A stretch of DNA of 62,000 bases from Wallemia ichthyophaga EXF-994 (Eukaryota; Fungi; Basidiomycota), in assembly GCF_000400465.1 (NCBI RefSeq), contig NW_008806291.1, positions 1-62,000 on the forward strand. Direction: 5' to 3'. Below, in pieces: positions 46,702 through 60,400 of this stretch. Each line of letters begins with the position of its first letter. Position 1 is the first letter of the stretch. A program made the position numbers and the translations under genes. The notes beneath the pieces are model-generated. The model was not told where the DNA came from. It did no database searches and saw nothing but the letters and a program-made list of their open reading frames with translations.

Positions 46702-48336
46702 ATGAAGAAACACAATCCATTCCAGGTTCCGCTCTCGACGCAGCGATATGTAGAGGTTTACAACGTACTCAACCAGCACAACTGTACAAAGGTGTGATAG
46801 GTGCTGTGACCTGCTGTCTTCTCACAATCCACCTAGCTTCTCGACCTCGGTTCTGGCGCTGGCAGTCTACTCCTCGAGCAGCTCCTCAAGCCTCCGATAA
46901 GTCTCGATGACGATGCACTCCGCCTCGCCCACTACCACGCACTTGACAGCGACCTCGCCGAGCTAGACGCTCTCTCACGCCTACTAGCCTCGCACCGCGA
47001 CGCCACTCTACGCTGGTCCACCGACCTCACTCTCCGCCTTTACCACGCCGATTTCGCAGCTACGTTCCACCCCGCCTTCCGCGCACTAGACGCCATCGTT
47101 GCCGTGGAGGTGCTCGAGCATATGCAAGAGTCTGTACTGGCGCAGACGATGCAGCTCATCCTAGGCACATACAGCCCACCCCTTTTCATCGCTACAACCC
47201 CCAACTACGACTTCAACCCACGCTTCACCTCCCCTGCACGCGTCGTGGACCCTACCGGACGCACCGACAGGCTTTTCCGTCATCCTGATCATAAATTCGA
47301 GCTGGGCGTGCGGGAGTACACACAGTGGTGCGCGCATTACGCCCGTTTGTTCGGTTATAATGTCTCCGTGTATGGCGTCGGCGAGTCTATCGCGCAGAAC
47401 CTCAATCCACCCAGTACCGATCCACGCGTCGATGACCGCTATCCGAGTCAAATTGCCGTGTTCAAGCGGGTGCGGTGTGCGGGCAGGATTAATACTGAGA
47501 ATACTGCGAATACTGAGGAAAGTGACCTCACCCAACCCACGCAACTCCCGCCCCTCCATTCCTCCTACACGCTCCCGAGCGCCGCGGAGCATTTGTCGCG
47601 GAGCAGCAAACTCAACGCCGGAACACCCGGAACACCCGGCACACCCGGCACACCCAACACACACGCAATCCTCACCCACCTCTACTCCCTCCTCGATCTC
47701 CCGTTCGGCGGGAGCAGGGTGGTCGTAGCATCTGCGCTCAGTCTCTGGGACACGCACATGCAGCTCCTCTGCAGAGGCGTTTTCGCCACGCTCCTCGACG
47801 CCGTCAGAAACAGCGGCAAGTATGGCGGTGAGGTGTCGACACTGGATGTAGACGGGGTGCGCGAACATAGCAGCCAACTCAGCGAGCATAGCAATCACAG
47901 CAATCACAGCCAACACAGCCAACACAGCGGAGACGCCTGGTTTATCTTGGCGAAAAACAGCTCCGACACACCCTCCATCGTCTACCGCCAGAGCGTCACG
48001 GACGTGCTCCATGCAGACACACTCGCCGCTGAGATGCGCGATAAGCGCAAAACACCCAAGGATAAAGAGAGAGAGCGGCAGCAGGAGGAGAAACAAGTGG
48101 ATGAGAGATTGGAGTTTGAGAAGGAGCAGCTGGTGGAAAACAGTGAGTATGGCTCCTCCCCTACACACAGCAGCTCTTGTTTGTCAGATAGATACGGTGA
48201 CACTGACGCCGTCCTCGCTAACCTCCAGCTCAATCTTTGGAAAGCAGACCCTGTGTGGTCTCAAGATGCCGCCAATGCCGCCGATGGCTCCAATGCGGGA
48301 TGGGGCGATGCCGATGCAAATCCCACTTGGTCGTAG
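46702..48336 (+). CDS. HEN1: HEN1-like small-RNA 2'-O-methyltransferase
   Basis: FQVPLSTQRY (FxPPLxxQR-like), LLDLGSGAG, DAIVAVEVLEH, TTPNYDFN, FRHPDHKFE..W; one 45-nt intron (~46791-46835); low-complexity C-terminus. Confidence 0.88.
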
Positions 48337-48410
48337 CCTATGTCTTATTATTTGCAATCTTCTTGGCGCATTTATTTATAAAGACAGTGTTTCTTACATG
48401 CCTCACCCAC

Positions 48411-51400
48411 TCACTCAAATCCCAATCCAGCCACCTCCTCTTTCACATTCGCGATAAAGCGCTGCACGCCCTCGCTATCGAGTACAGACTCAGTGGTGCG
48501 AGCAGCCACAAACACCGTGTCGGCATGCGCATCGAGCACTACGTCCAAAAAGAGGGCATGCTTGGAGCGTGTTAGATAGAAGCCACCTCTACATTTCCAC
48601 TCACTCTCGATACTCCCCGCGTGTCCATCTCGCGCACGCTACTGTCGACATCTAGCTTCTCACTCGCCGCGTAGTCGCTAGGCGGACCAATCTGCCCGAG
48701 TATTTTGTCAGCACCTCCTGTGTCGAAACATGCTCACTCACATCCACCTGCGACAGTGCCGACGCGTCACTCGAGAATATCCTCTCTGCATGCCATAGCA
48801 AGTTGATGTAGACGTTGAAGACGGGCTCGCTCGTGCCCAATACCCTCCTGGCGATCTCGCCGTTGTCGTCCTGCTCGACCAGCACGCGCTTTGAGATACT
48901 CTTCTGGACTGCTTGAGCTGCTTGGACATCACCACTGAACGGTCCTACACCCAGCGGGAGCAGGTTGAGACACGGGCCTGCGACTGTATCTATACCATCA
49001 ATGCTGGCTGCGCGGCCAGTGTGGTAGACCCCCACTATCGGTTTCGCAGTCTGCGTGATCCTGCCCACCACCTTTGCAACCATAGTAGTGAGCACCGATT
49101 GAAGAGATACTTGGTGACGTTGTTGGAGTCGTTGAGTGAGGCTCTGCGCACCCTGTACCACGTCCTCCTTGTAAAACACCTGCTTACTGGAAGAATTCTT
49201 CACTGGGAGGAGTGTTGGCTGGCTGCCCCCCAACTCCGCCCTCCAGAACTCCTCGTCGAATGTGTTCCTCGACGCCGCCTCAACCACCTTACCGAAATCA
49301 CCAATGGACGCCAGCTCGCCTCCGCTGTAGCTGCGCCACAAATCGCTCATGAGCAACGGGATTGTCCATGCGTCGTACAGCGCATGATGGATCTTGAGCA
49401 GCACATAAGAAGTCGAGCGCATCTGCACAACAATCAGCTTCACTGGCGGGCGGTGCAGGGAGGAAGGTGCCCTGAACTCTTCCCGCACAATGCGCTTTGC
49501 TGTTTCCAATGCCTCGCCATCGCTGTTAACCACCTGCAACTCTGCGTCGTATTCCGTCAACACCACCTGCAGTGGTCGGCCGTCTACCGCTGTGAAGCAG
49601 GTGCGGAGGATGGGGTGGTGTGACACGAGCCTCCTCCATGCGCCCTGCAATTTGCGGAGGTCGAGTTTGTGCGGCGCCGCATGCGTGAACACGGGCTCGT
49701 AGAAGGTGTGCCCGCTGAGAATCCACGCTTGCAGGTGGTACGCCTGTCCAGGCAGCAGAGGCAGCACAGCCTCTGCTTCACGCCTGCTCAGACGTAGGCG
49801 TGCAAGCGCGCTGACAGCTTCAGATGCTGACACCAGAGGCCTGTCTTTGTCCCCCTTCTCGTCTTCTCTCCCGTAAGCTGTGCGCTCCCTCAACACCCTG
49901 TCCACGCCCGCTATCGTTTCCCCAACGAATATATCCGATACTGCCAAATCTTTCACCCCCAGCTTGCGACAGCGTGCGGCTAGCTGGATTGCACCGACTG
50001 AGTCCAGTCCTAATGCGTACAACGGCGCACTATAGCTAATCTCCTCGACATTGAGCTTCGAGATAATCGCAAACACATCACGGATCGTCGCCATCGTGCT
50101 TGTCACATGGCCGTCGTAGGCTTCTGTGTGTTGGACATATTCAACTGTTGCATCGATAGTGTTGTTCAGTGGAAGCGCGGCGAGCGATGATGGCTTTGCA
50201 GTAGCTGGCTGATGAGGATGATCGACTATATCAGCAAATAGTTCCCCGAATTTGCCAATTAATTCGTCCAGCTCCTTCCCTGTCATCACACTGCTCAGGC
50301 AGCTTGCGTTGATGGCGAGAGTGTCGCCTGCGTCGACAAACTCAGCATTTAGGGGGTATTCAACACTCTGCTCGGACTGTTCAGTCAGATCAACCGTCTC
50401 CCACAGCTTCACTTTCGGCTCTTGGTCATCCCGGAAGGACTTTTGGAATACAAAGAGCGTTTCGAAAAGCGACTTCTGCTTTACTACCCTCTGAACATCT
50501 CTAAGTGGGACGTGTTGGTGCGCTTCAATCTCGTTATACTGTTCAAATGCTTCGTGGCAGACATCGATGTTTGTCGCCTTCTTATTACCGATTTTGAACC
50601 TATAAGGAACAGTGCTGTCCGTATTGTTAAGTCTTGCTCATTAAATACACAAAGCACTCACTTGAACAATGGTCCAGACGCTAACAACGCATCTTCTAGT
50701 CCGATCGAGCGGCCAGCTACCACCTGCCCAAATGCAACATCGAGCGATCCAAATAATCCGCAAAGAGTCTTACCCCATGCCACTAGTACCATTGACTGAA
50801 GCGACACGCCAGCTGATTTTACGAGTCTGTTCGCCTTGGCTGTGATAGGAATGGTCTTGCCGGTAAAGTGTGCCTTGACCTCTCCCTGCTGAATTTTAGG
50901 AAGTGGCTTTGGAACGTAATTGGACATCTTGCTCTTCCAAAACCCTTCGTCATCCCTTGCACCGTCGAGAATATACGGTATTGCTTGGGTGAATTGTGGA
51001 CGCAGAGGCACTCTGTTGGCACTATAGCGTGCAAGTATCTCGTCTAGCACTAATGGCAGAGATACACCATCGTACAAGCTGCCGAAGGCCTAGTTAGAGG
51101 TACGTTACGATTATGTTGCGGTACACTTACGCGTGATGCATGGTCAAGACCAAAAATTTCTCCTTGTTTGTTTTGATAATCGTGAAGGCGTATGGCGGCT
51201 TTTCGAAATCGTCTTCCTGGCTTGGAACACTTGCACTACCGAGAATCTTCGAAGCTTCTTCAACTGATCCAACGGTGTGCTCATTCCATACCACATCGAC
51301 TCTGCCATGGATGAGTATCACCCAAGGATATTTGTCTTCGTCCGTAGTGCGGAATGATGCTCTAAGAATATCAACGTTCGCAACCGTGTCTATAACAGCC

Positions 51401-54400
51401 TTTTTGAGTGCTGCTACATCCATCGCATCGCTTAGCTTCAAGGTATGCTGAACGTTGTAAAATTTACCACCAGATGAAATAGTCTGTGTGAGCATACCAG
51501 TCTGCAGCGGCGTGGCAGGCACGACCTTCTCGATACCACACCCACCGTACCTTTCACCTAAACTCTGTGCAATCTTGGCAAATTCCCCAGCGATGTCCTT
51601 ATTGCTGGTGTTTGGCGCATACTTTGCAAGCTCACCAATACATCCAGCACGCATAATCGCATGTGTGGGAATGTTGATACCTTGCTTGCGCAACGACTGT
51701 GCAAATCTAACAGACGAGATGGAGTCTATGCCCAGAGAAATGAATGTAGACTCTTTGCTGATTGAGGTTTCATCCATATTGCACAGGTTCGCAATAGATT
51801 GACGCATAACTGACTCTTCAGCAGTCCATTCAACATTATAGCTAGTCTCTTGAGGATTTGCTAATTGCTGTGGTTTTAGCGGCTCGACTACCTGTTGGGC
51901 ATCTTCGAGAAGATTGTTGATCCGGCTGATGAGGATCTCGGCATCGCGCGATTGACCGAATGAAGAGTTGAAAACTGCGCGTAGGGTGAGCTTATTACTC
52001 TCTACATTAGCCGTGGCTTCGAGTGCGAGTGGGTACTTTAGTGTGTTAGAATAAGTTCACCAATGGTGATCACACCTACATCAACGCGAGACGACTCTTC
52101 GAGCTGCTCCCAGAGACTCTCATTCCCTTCGCCAGCAAGTCTACCGAAGGCGAACAGTGAATCGAAAAGACCGGCTGGTCGATTTATCCATTTTTGTATC
52201 AGGCGCAATGGCGTATATTGATACTCGAGTACCTGAGCACTCTCGCTCTGTGCTTGTTGCGCCATGTCTACAAACTTGCTTGCATCTGCCACCTTCACAC
52301 GCACTGGCATAGTTGTAATGCATGGCGCAAGCATAGTCTCAACACCACTGACAGGTACTGTGCGACCCGATAGGACGACACCAGTTGTCTATTTACGAGT
52401 TAGATGGACTATTGGCGCAAGATTTTCTGCTCACAATATCTGTCACTCCAGAAGATTCACCGAGCGAAACACCGTATGCTGTTTGAACGAGCACACGCAA
52501 TGACACATTCAATGAGCGTCCCAACATTTCCAGCTTCGATAAGGGCAGAGAAGCAGTCTTAACAACCTCTTTCGCGGTTGTACTACCCATTTCCATCTCG
52601 TTAGCTTGTGGCAGGTCTGACAAGTACTCCACGAAAAAAGTTCTAGCAACTTCTAGCGACTGACTGGAGATGAAATCGAGCAAGCGATCGACTGGTGCTC
52701 TTACGAGCGAAAATGATTCCTGGTAGCGTTCCTTTATTTCATCCATCAACATCAGGAATGATTCACCATCATATACAGCGTGGTGCATCGTGAATTGAGC
52801 AAAGGCTCTACCCGTAGCTGGCTTAGTTATGAGGACTCGAAGAGGCACCCTTGATTGAATGTTATCGACAACATCCTTCTCCAAATCCTTCTTTTTTGAG
52901 TCAAGGTAAGCTATGGCTGATGCTTCTGATTCACTTTGGTGTGTTTGTATAGCGTCAGTCTTCTCCAAAACAACTTGAGCCACTGCAGCTTCACCGAAAA
53001 AAAAGCAGGTGCGCAAAATTTCATTGGCTGCTATGGTCTTATCAATCGCTTCGGTAAATTGATCGATGACCACCCCACTATCCAGCTTAAACGTAAAATG
53101 GTTGACGTAGACGGGTTCAGCAGAGTTGAGAGTACGTGCGACCAAACCTTCTTGAAGCGGAAGACACGGTCTGACAGCTTCTAAGGTATCTCCAAAAGCG
53201 GCTCTTATCGACTTTTCGAAGCCTTCGTCAAGTTTCCGCACAGCTGAACTGTCTTTATTGCCGTCAGAGGAAGTGCTGTCGGCGAGCTTGGCAAGCTTCT
53301 CCACAGATGGACCAGATAAGACGACATGTGGTGGCACTGCAAGGCCTTTTGACTTCAAAAGAAAGCTGAGTGAGATGGCTGATAGTGAGTCAACACCCAA
53401 TTCCAGTGTGGTAGTTGATGAACTGATCGTATCCATGCCAACACCAGTCTGCTCACTGAGTGCAATAGCGATGATCTTCTCTTCAGCTGTAAGCGCACGC
53501 CGATTGTCTGTTGCCATTTCTGCACTTTTTTTCACCATGTTGCGAAGCGGCACTTGAGTGAATAATCTTCTAAGAATTTTCTCGTTCGTATGTCCATTGC
53601 TGGCGTCACATATTGGTAAGAAGGTCATTGGAAGAATAATGTCAGGTCTAGCCCCATATCCGAGCTTCTCTGCGCACGATTGGGTGAGAGATCTCGCAAA
53701 TGATTCATCTTGTGCGTCAATATCAGTAGTTGATCCATCGAGTGGATCATAGTTGTACGCGCGAGCAACAAATGCGACAATGTCTGGTTGCATGCTTTCT
53801 GGATGTTGCAGGACCATCGCTTGAGAAACAATGTTTTGTCGAGAAACAGATTCGACATTGCGCGAGACTTTTTCAAGATTAATTTGGATGTCTCTGTAGT
53901 TGACAATATCGCCCACTTTACGCTCCAACAAGACGCTATCGCTGCTGATCATTCTAGCTACCAATCCTGAACGTATGTACTCCCCTTCATCGCTAAAGGC
54001 GCAAAGCTCTCCTGCTTCAGCGAGAATGGCGACTTCTCTGGAGCAAAACCTTGCAATGCATGTCTTAATAAGTGGCTGGTCATAGACATTTGGCTGTTCA
54101 CTATTGTAATGTGACAAGAATGCAACAGATGAGGCGTGTGGAATTGCCAACGTTTTCCAAACATAGGCATCCATCCATGACTCATGGAGCGCTTTTGATG
54201 ATATGTGACCAGTTAAAATGATGTGTTTGAGTTGAGGTAACTCCGATCTTACGATACAATCCTTCTCAAACCATGCAGCCGTGAGGAAGGCATGAGTAAT
54301 CTGTGCCGCTTGAAGTGAAGCTCTGGCATTGTTTCTCAGATCTTCCACGCGTTTGCACACTATTTTAGAGCCCATTATAAGCGGTACTAATGTCTCCAAA

Positions 54401-57400
54401 ATGTGAAGATCAAATGCTGAGAATTTGTCAGCCGGTAGTCTATCAGGCTGAGAGTCACTCACTGCCAGGAAGCCAATTCAAAAATGTTGAAGCATTTGAA
54501 TCTGTCTTCAACCGATCTGAGGCCAAAGAAGCGTGATTGAAAAGTTGCTCGGTTGACCAGACAGAGTAGTCGTGCATGTCGAGCTGACCATTTGCAATAG
54601 TGATAGCAGCACGTTCAGTAAGACGCGTCTCTGTTGTATCACTGGAAATTTTGGCAAGATTTTCTACGTAACTCTTCTCGTCAACAAAAACAACCTTTTC
54701 GTTATCGAGTAAGGCGAAATCTTCCGCGTACTTCCTGATAGTGTAAACGATGTCTGCCTTGAACGAGCGTGCTATAAGTCTCTTGCGATTTGCAGGCAAG
54801 TTCTCACCAACGGCTATGTATGTTTTGCTAGCTTTGAAGATACCAAGCCTATGAACGATTGATTCATGTGAAGGTGGAATGCACAAGGCAACAACTTCAA
54901 CCGCGGATGTTAGCGAATTGGAAACTCTGTTGGATTGACTATCAAGCTCCTTAAAGGAGAGTGTACCAGTATCCGAAGTGACAGCTACCTCTTCCGGACG
55001 TTGTTGGACGTTGCGAGACAAAGTAACGAGAGGATTAATTGTAGCATCGGCGACCTTACTATGTGCTTTGGCGATGAGAGCCTCGTCGATCTTTCCAACA
55101 AGACTTGAGACTGGCTCATCGGCATGTTCACTCATTGCGTTCACCAATGCTTGCATTTGCTTTGAAAGAAGCTCAACTTGCTCCTCTGACCTGATTGACT
55201 TGTTAGCGGTCAAACGGAATATAACAGATAACCCACATAAGTAAATTACTTCCAAGAATGTCAATTTGAACGCTATCACCTCTGATAAAAGCGTTGATGG
55301 CGACAGGGTGCTCAACATCAAGCTCTCCTATCTCAAAGTTATCTTTGAACAAATCACCTTTGGTTTCCTCTCCTGACTCAACGATGAGAACAAACAGTGC
55401 GGGGAAGAGAGGAGCGCCAGAAGCACATTTGAGAGCTTGACGCACGTGCTGAAGACCAACGAACTTGTGTGGAGAACTAGCGGAGGCTAACGTGGACAAA
55501 TTATCCATCAACTGTCTAGCTGATGCGTTTTTGTCAACTTTGAGTGCAACTGGAAGAGTAGCAATCATTGGAGCCACAACGCTTTCCAAACCTGGAGCTA
55601 GACCGCGCAAGCTGAGAGTCTCGCCGAAAATAACATCCTCGGTTGATGTGTACCTTGACTGGAGAACAGCCCAGGCTGCTTGAAGCAGCTGGTTGATGTT
55701 TGCACGCTTGACGTCACTAAATCCCTTCGTCCAGAATCTTTGAGAGCGTTGAGAGTTGTCGTTGTGCAAAACAGGCCACTCTGTATTGCTTGTCTCAGCA
55801 AATGGCTCCAAAACCTTGTTCCAGAACTGCTTGGTAGTGTTTACGTCTGTGTTTATAACTGACATCGCGTCCTTCAGTGATGTGCGAGTGGCTTTATACT
55901 TTCGCATGTATGCATTTTCAACATCCTGGTAAATGAATTTGAGCGCGTCTCCATCGTAGATTGCGTGGTGAAGTGACGTCATGAGATAGCGACTGCCATC
56001 TGCCTTGGTTGCAAGCGTGAGAGCAACAGGCGGCTGATGTGAGCCTGACAAGGAGCTGACAATGTTACGGACACGCTCTTCAAGGATTTTCTCGCTGTCA
56101 AACCTGACTCTATCGAGAGCGAGCTTCGATGTAGAGTGTATGCATTGGGCGAAGACGGTGTCTTTCACACCATATGTGGCAGCTGGAATAAACGAGGTTC
56201 TCAAAGCCTGCGTGCTTTCTGCCACAGTCTTCCAGGCTCCGTAAAGAGCATCCACATCCACTTTGCTGGACAATTTGAAGACTTGATGCGACCAGTACGC
56301 AGCAGGGTTCTTGATGGTCTCACCAAGCATACCTTCCTGTGTCGGGGTGCATGGAAGAACGAAATCTACATCGGCAATGTCTTTTCTAACACTACCAATC
56401 AAGCTTTCGTTAAAGGTTTGCATCCACTTTGGTGTCTCAGTGACCATCTGATTCGATTCTGCTTTTGTAATGGCTTTGCTGAGTTGCTTTATGGTAGGAA
56501 ATGCTGCTATCTGGCTCACTGCGGCGTTGACACCTGCATTACGGAGCTTGGAAGCGAGCTGCAGGGAGCGAATCTAGGGAAGTGGTCAAAATGATTCGCT
56601 TCATCATTATTCACTCACGGAATCAACACCGAGCGCTGGTAAGTGCGAGGACTTGGAGATGCTGTCCACGGCGACGTTTGTCAGTCTAGCAGTAACTTGA
56701 CGAATAATCTGCTCCATTTCACTCCAAAATCCATCATCACCATCATCAAGACCGCTTAGGCGGCTTTCCCAGTCTGCAATTTCAACTTGCTCGTAATATC
56801 TTGCCAGCATCTTCCTGTCGATCTTGTTCGAAGGGGTGTGAGGGAGGTGTGTTAGAACCAGTATTACATTGGGAATCATGTAAGCTGGAAGGCTAGACTC
56901 TGCACGCTCCTTGCAAGCGGCAGCCACTGTCAACGCGTCGCTATCCGTGCGCAGTCCATCCTCTTTCTCGCCCTTGAGTGCGGGGGCGGCAACGAATGTA
57001 CACACGACCTTTTGCGGTCTATCGTGTCTTGACAATTGGAATGTTGTAGTCTCGCGAGCTAGCTCGTGGCAGTTGCCCAAGGCAGCACTGATTTCAGAAA
57101 GCTCAACTCTAATACCACCAAGCTTGACGAGATCGTCATTACGACCAACGAATTCACAGCTACCATCGTGCAACAAACGCACAACATCGCCAGTGAGATA
57201 CACTCGGCCAGCTTGTGGATGGTTGACAAACTTCTTGTTCGTCTGATCGGTATTGCGATGATATCCACGGGCATTTTGGAAGCCGCCCAAAGCTAACTCA
57301 CCAACAGCACCCCTCAGCAGAATTCTATCGTCCTGTATAACAAAACATGAGACGGTCGAGAGTGGAAGACCAACGTTGTGAGCTTTGGTGACTTCATTTG

Positions 57401-60400
57401 GAGTGAAACGGCGGTATGTTGCAATGATAGTTGATTCTGCAGGCCCGTACGTGTTGAGCGACACAGTGTCTTCCCTGCACCACGCATTTGCGACAGGCTG
57501 GGGGAGTTTTTCACCGATGCTAATGAGCGACTCAAGCGAGCTGCAGTTCTGGAGCGACGACTGAGCCATGAAGGCCGGTGTGAGAAAGGCGTGGGTGGCT
57601 GCAAACCCTCTGACGAGCTCTTCAAATGATCCGACGAGGTTGTCGCGAGTAGATGAACAGAGTGTGCCGCAAGTCTTGCCAAGTGCGTAGAAGACGTCAA
57701 GTACGGAAACATCAAAGGTATATGCGGAGAAGTTGAGACAGCGGATATGTGTGTCTTTCTTCCATGGTATTTCCTCTTGCAAGACTGTCAAGCTTTGCAC
57801 AGCGGCAAAGTGCTCAATTGGAACACCCTTTGGTGCGCCAGTGGTACCTGATGTCCATATCAAGTACGCTAAATGATTAGGTTTGGTGCATATGGCGGGT
57901 TTGCTAGACGGCTGCTTGCTATAAATGACATCTGCAAAAGAGCTGACCGTGATCTTGTCTTGAACGATCTTGCTGACTAGAGCCTTGTTCTCTTCATCCC
58001 GAACGAGAACAACAGGACCGCCAGCACGCTCAAACAGATCCTTCTTTCTGAGCGCTGGAGCAGCAGTGTCAATAGGGCACCATGCACCACCAGCCTGTAC
58101 GAGCATTAGCAACATGGTCATAAACACACGCAACACACCTTCACGATACCGAGAATAGCCATGAACATCTCGGGAGTTTTTTCTATATGGATGGGGATGG
58201 GCGTGTCAGTGAGATCGCCGTAAGTTGAGGTAAGGTAGTTCGCGACTCTGTTAGCACGAGCGTCCAGCTCGGCATACGTCCATCTGATATCTTTGGAAGC
58301 GTCCAATGGGTCTGGTTTGAACCACAAAGCGAGCGATTGAGGGTAGTCTTTTGCATTTCTCTCAAATTGGTGGTGGATAAGTTCCGCTTCAACGCCTTCG
58401 ATACGGATAGGGTATGGGTTGACAGCGGACGCGAGAGAGTGGCTTACATCCACGGCGATATCTTTAAACTTTCTATCGAGATCGCCTTCAAGGATGCTCG
58501 ATAGAATGTCATCGAATTGCCTCAGCATCATAGCAGACGACTCCTCGACCAAGACGTTATTGGAGCATGTAGCTCTCAACCTAATAGTATCGTTTGGATC
58601 AGGCCAAATTTCCAAAACGACAGCGAACTCTGTAACCATAGGAGGATATTCCGAGTGCGTCCAGAGCTCTGTCTGGGATGCGCCTTGAGCGAATTGCTGC
58701 AATGCAATGGTAGTGTCGTAGATGATACCGTTGTCACCACTAAGAATCTTTGGTGGCAAGTGTCGGTGTACCAAGCCCTCAGCATTGCTTCTAACTAAAG
58801 ACTTGAGCACGCCGCCTACACTGTCATCATTCGGATTAGTCACACGAATAGGCGAAGCTGTAAACACAGGGCCGACGGTATGCTCGAGTTGGTCCGTCGT
58901 TCTGCCACCGACGATGCTACCGAATACAATGTCGTCGGCGTCAGACTCCGAGTACGCCAACAAGATGCTTGACCAGGCAGCCTGCACGATCGAGAGTGGT
59001 GATAGCTTAAGCTCGCGTGCCTTCTGGAGAAATGAGCTATGAGAGAGTTTGGACGTGACATTCGAGACGTGATGGCCTGTTTTCTTTGCGTCCTGCCTCA
59101 ATCCTGTAAGATCTGGGAACGGGTCTGAGGTAAAGTTGCTTAGCTTTCCACCCCAGTATTCAGCATTAGCCTGTGCGTCAGCGGTGAAGACATCCACAAG
59201 CGCATGAACAAATCCCTCTCTGGGTACTTCTGCATACGGATCACGGTAGAGTGTAGCAAGCTCGTCGAGCATCAAAGCAAGCGAAGCACCGTCTGTTGAT
59301 TTGTGAGTGGTTGACATTACCAAGATAGCTATCGACACCTACCAAACAGTGCGTGATGAAGACTGACAACGAGTTTCTTCGATTTGGAGTCGGAGTAGAT
59401 CGCGCCGCTTTGCGTTCTCTCCAATAGTGAGAACTTGACTGAAGCAGTATCAATGTGTTGCTGGACTAGTTGATCGACATCACCTCCTTCGACCTCGTCG
59501 AATGTTGTTATAGGGTCAACAGGTACAACCACCTGTGCGAATGCGCTGATGTGGCTGTTGTCGATGAGCACAAAGCGGGTGCGTAGAATTTCATGTCGTC
59601 TCACGAGCTCGCACCAGGCATTGCGAAGCCTCTCACTATCCACACCCTCTTTCAGGGTGTAAACGGAGTGGTTGATGTACCCTGTGCCCGTCTTGGAGTA
59701 CAATGCAAGTAAGCCCGTCTGCATTGTTGTCGCAGGTCTGATAGCTTCAGGCTGTGCCCCAAGCGCCTCTTCGACAATTGGGAGTGCTTGGCTGCGAAAC
59801 TCCTCCTCTATATCTTCATATACGGCCTGTCTGTTGTCATTTTCGCCGAAGCCCTCCTCCGTTCTCTGGAATGCAATGTTTGCTAGCGCAGCAGGAGACA
59901 GACCTTTAATGACATCTTCGATTGTAATGGCGAGTAGACCCTCTTCACGAGCCAAACTAAGAAAACGAACACCCCTCAGCGAGTCAATACCCAAGGCTAG
60001 GAGTGTGAGGTTCGCATCTATTTCCTTCTCCTCTAACCCCACTGTCTTTGAAATGCAACTGAGGACTTTGTCGAGTGTTGGGGTATCGAGAATATGAACA
60101 GCCTCTACAGGCTGCTCTTCAGCAGTGCTAGTAGCACCTACGACATAGCCCTCGCTTATGTGATCCTTCACATATTTAGCGATCGCCTTTCTATCAGCCT
60201 TCCCGGCTGTAGAGCGAGGTATATCATCGGCAAACAAGTAAGCTTGTGGACGCATGTGCGCTGGAAGATGTTTTTCTGCACTCTCCGCACATCTCCCTAC
60301 CAGCGATGTGGAGTGTGGTGTCACATAAGCGCACAGCTGGCCTTCTGGTTGGATGACGACAGTGTGGACAGAGCGAAGACCGGGAGTGTTGGAAAGAATA

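Noticed and set aside
47161-48168. 335-aa minus-strand ORF
   Set aside because: Antisense shadow of the GC-rich HEN1 coding region.
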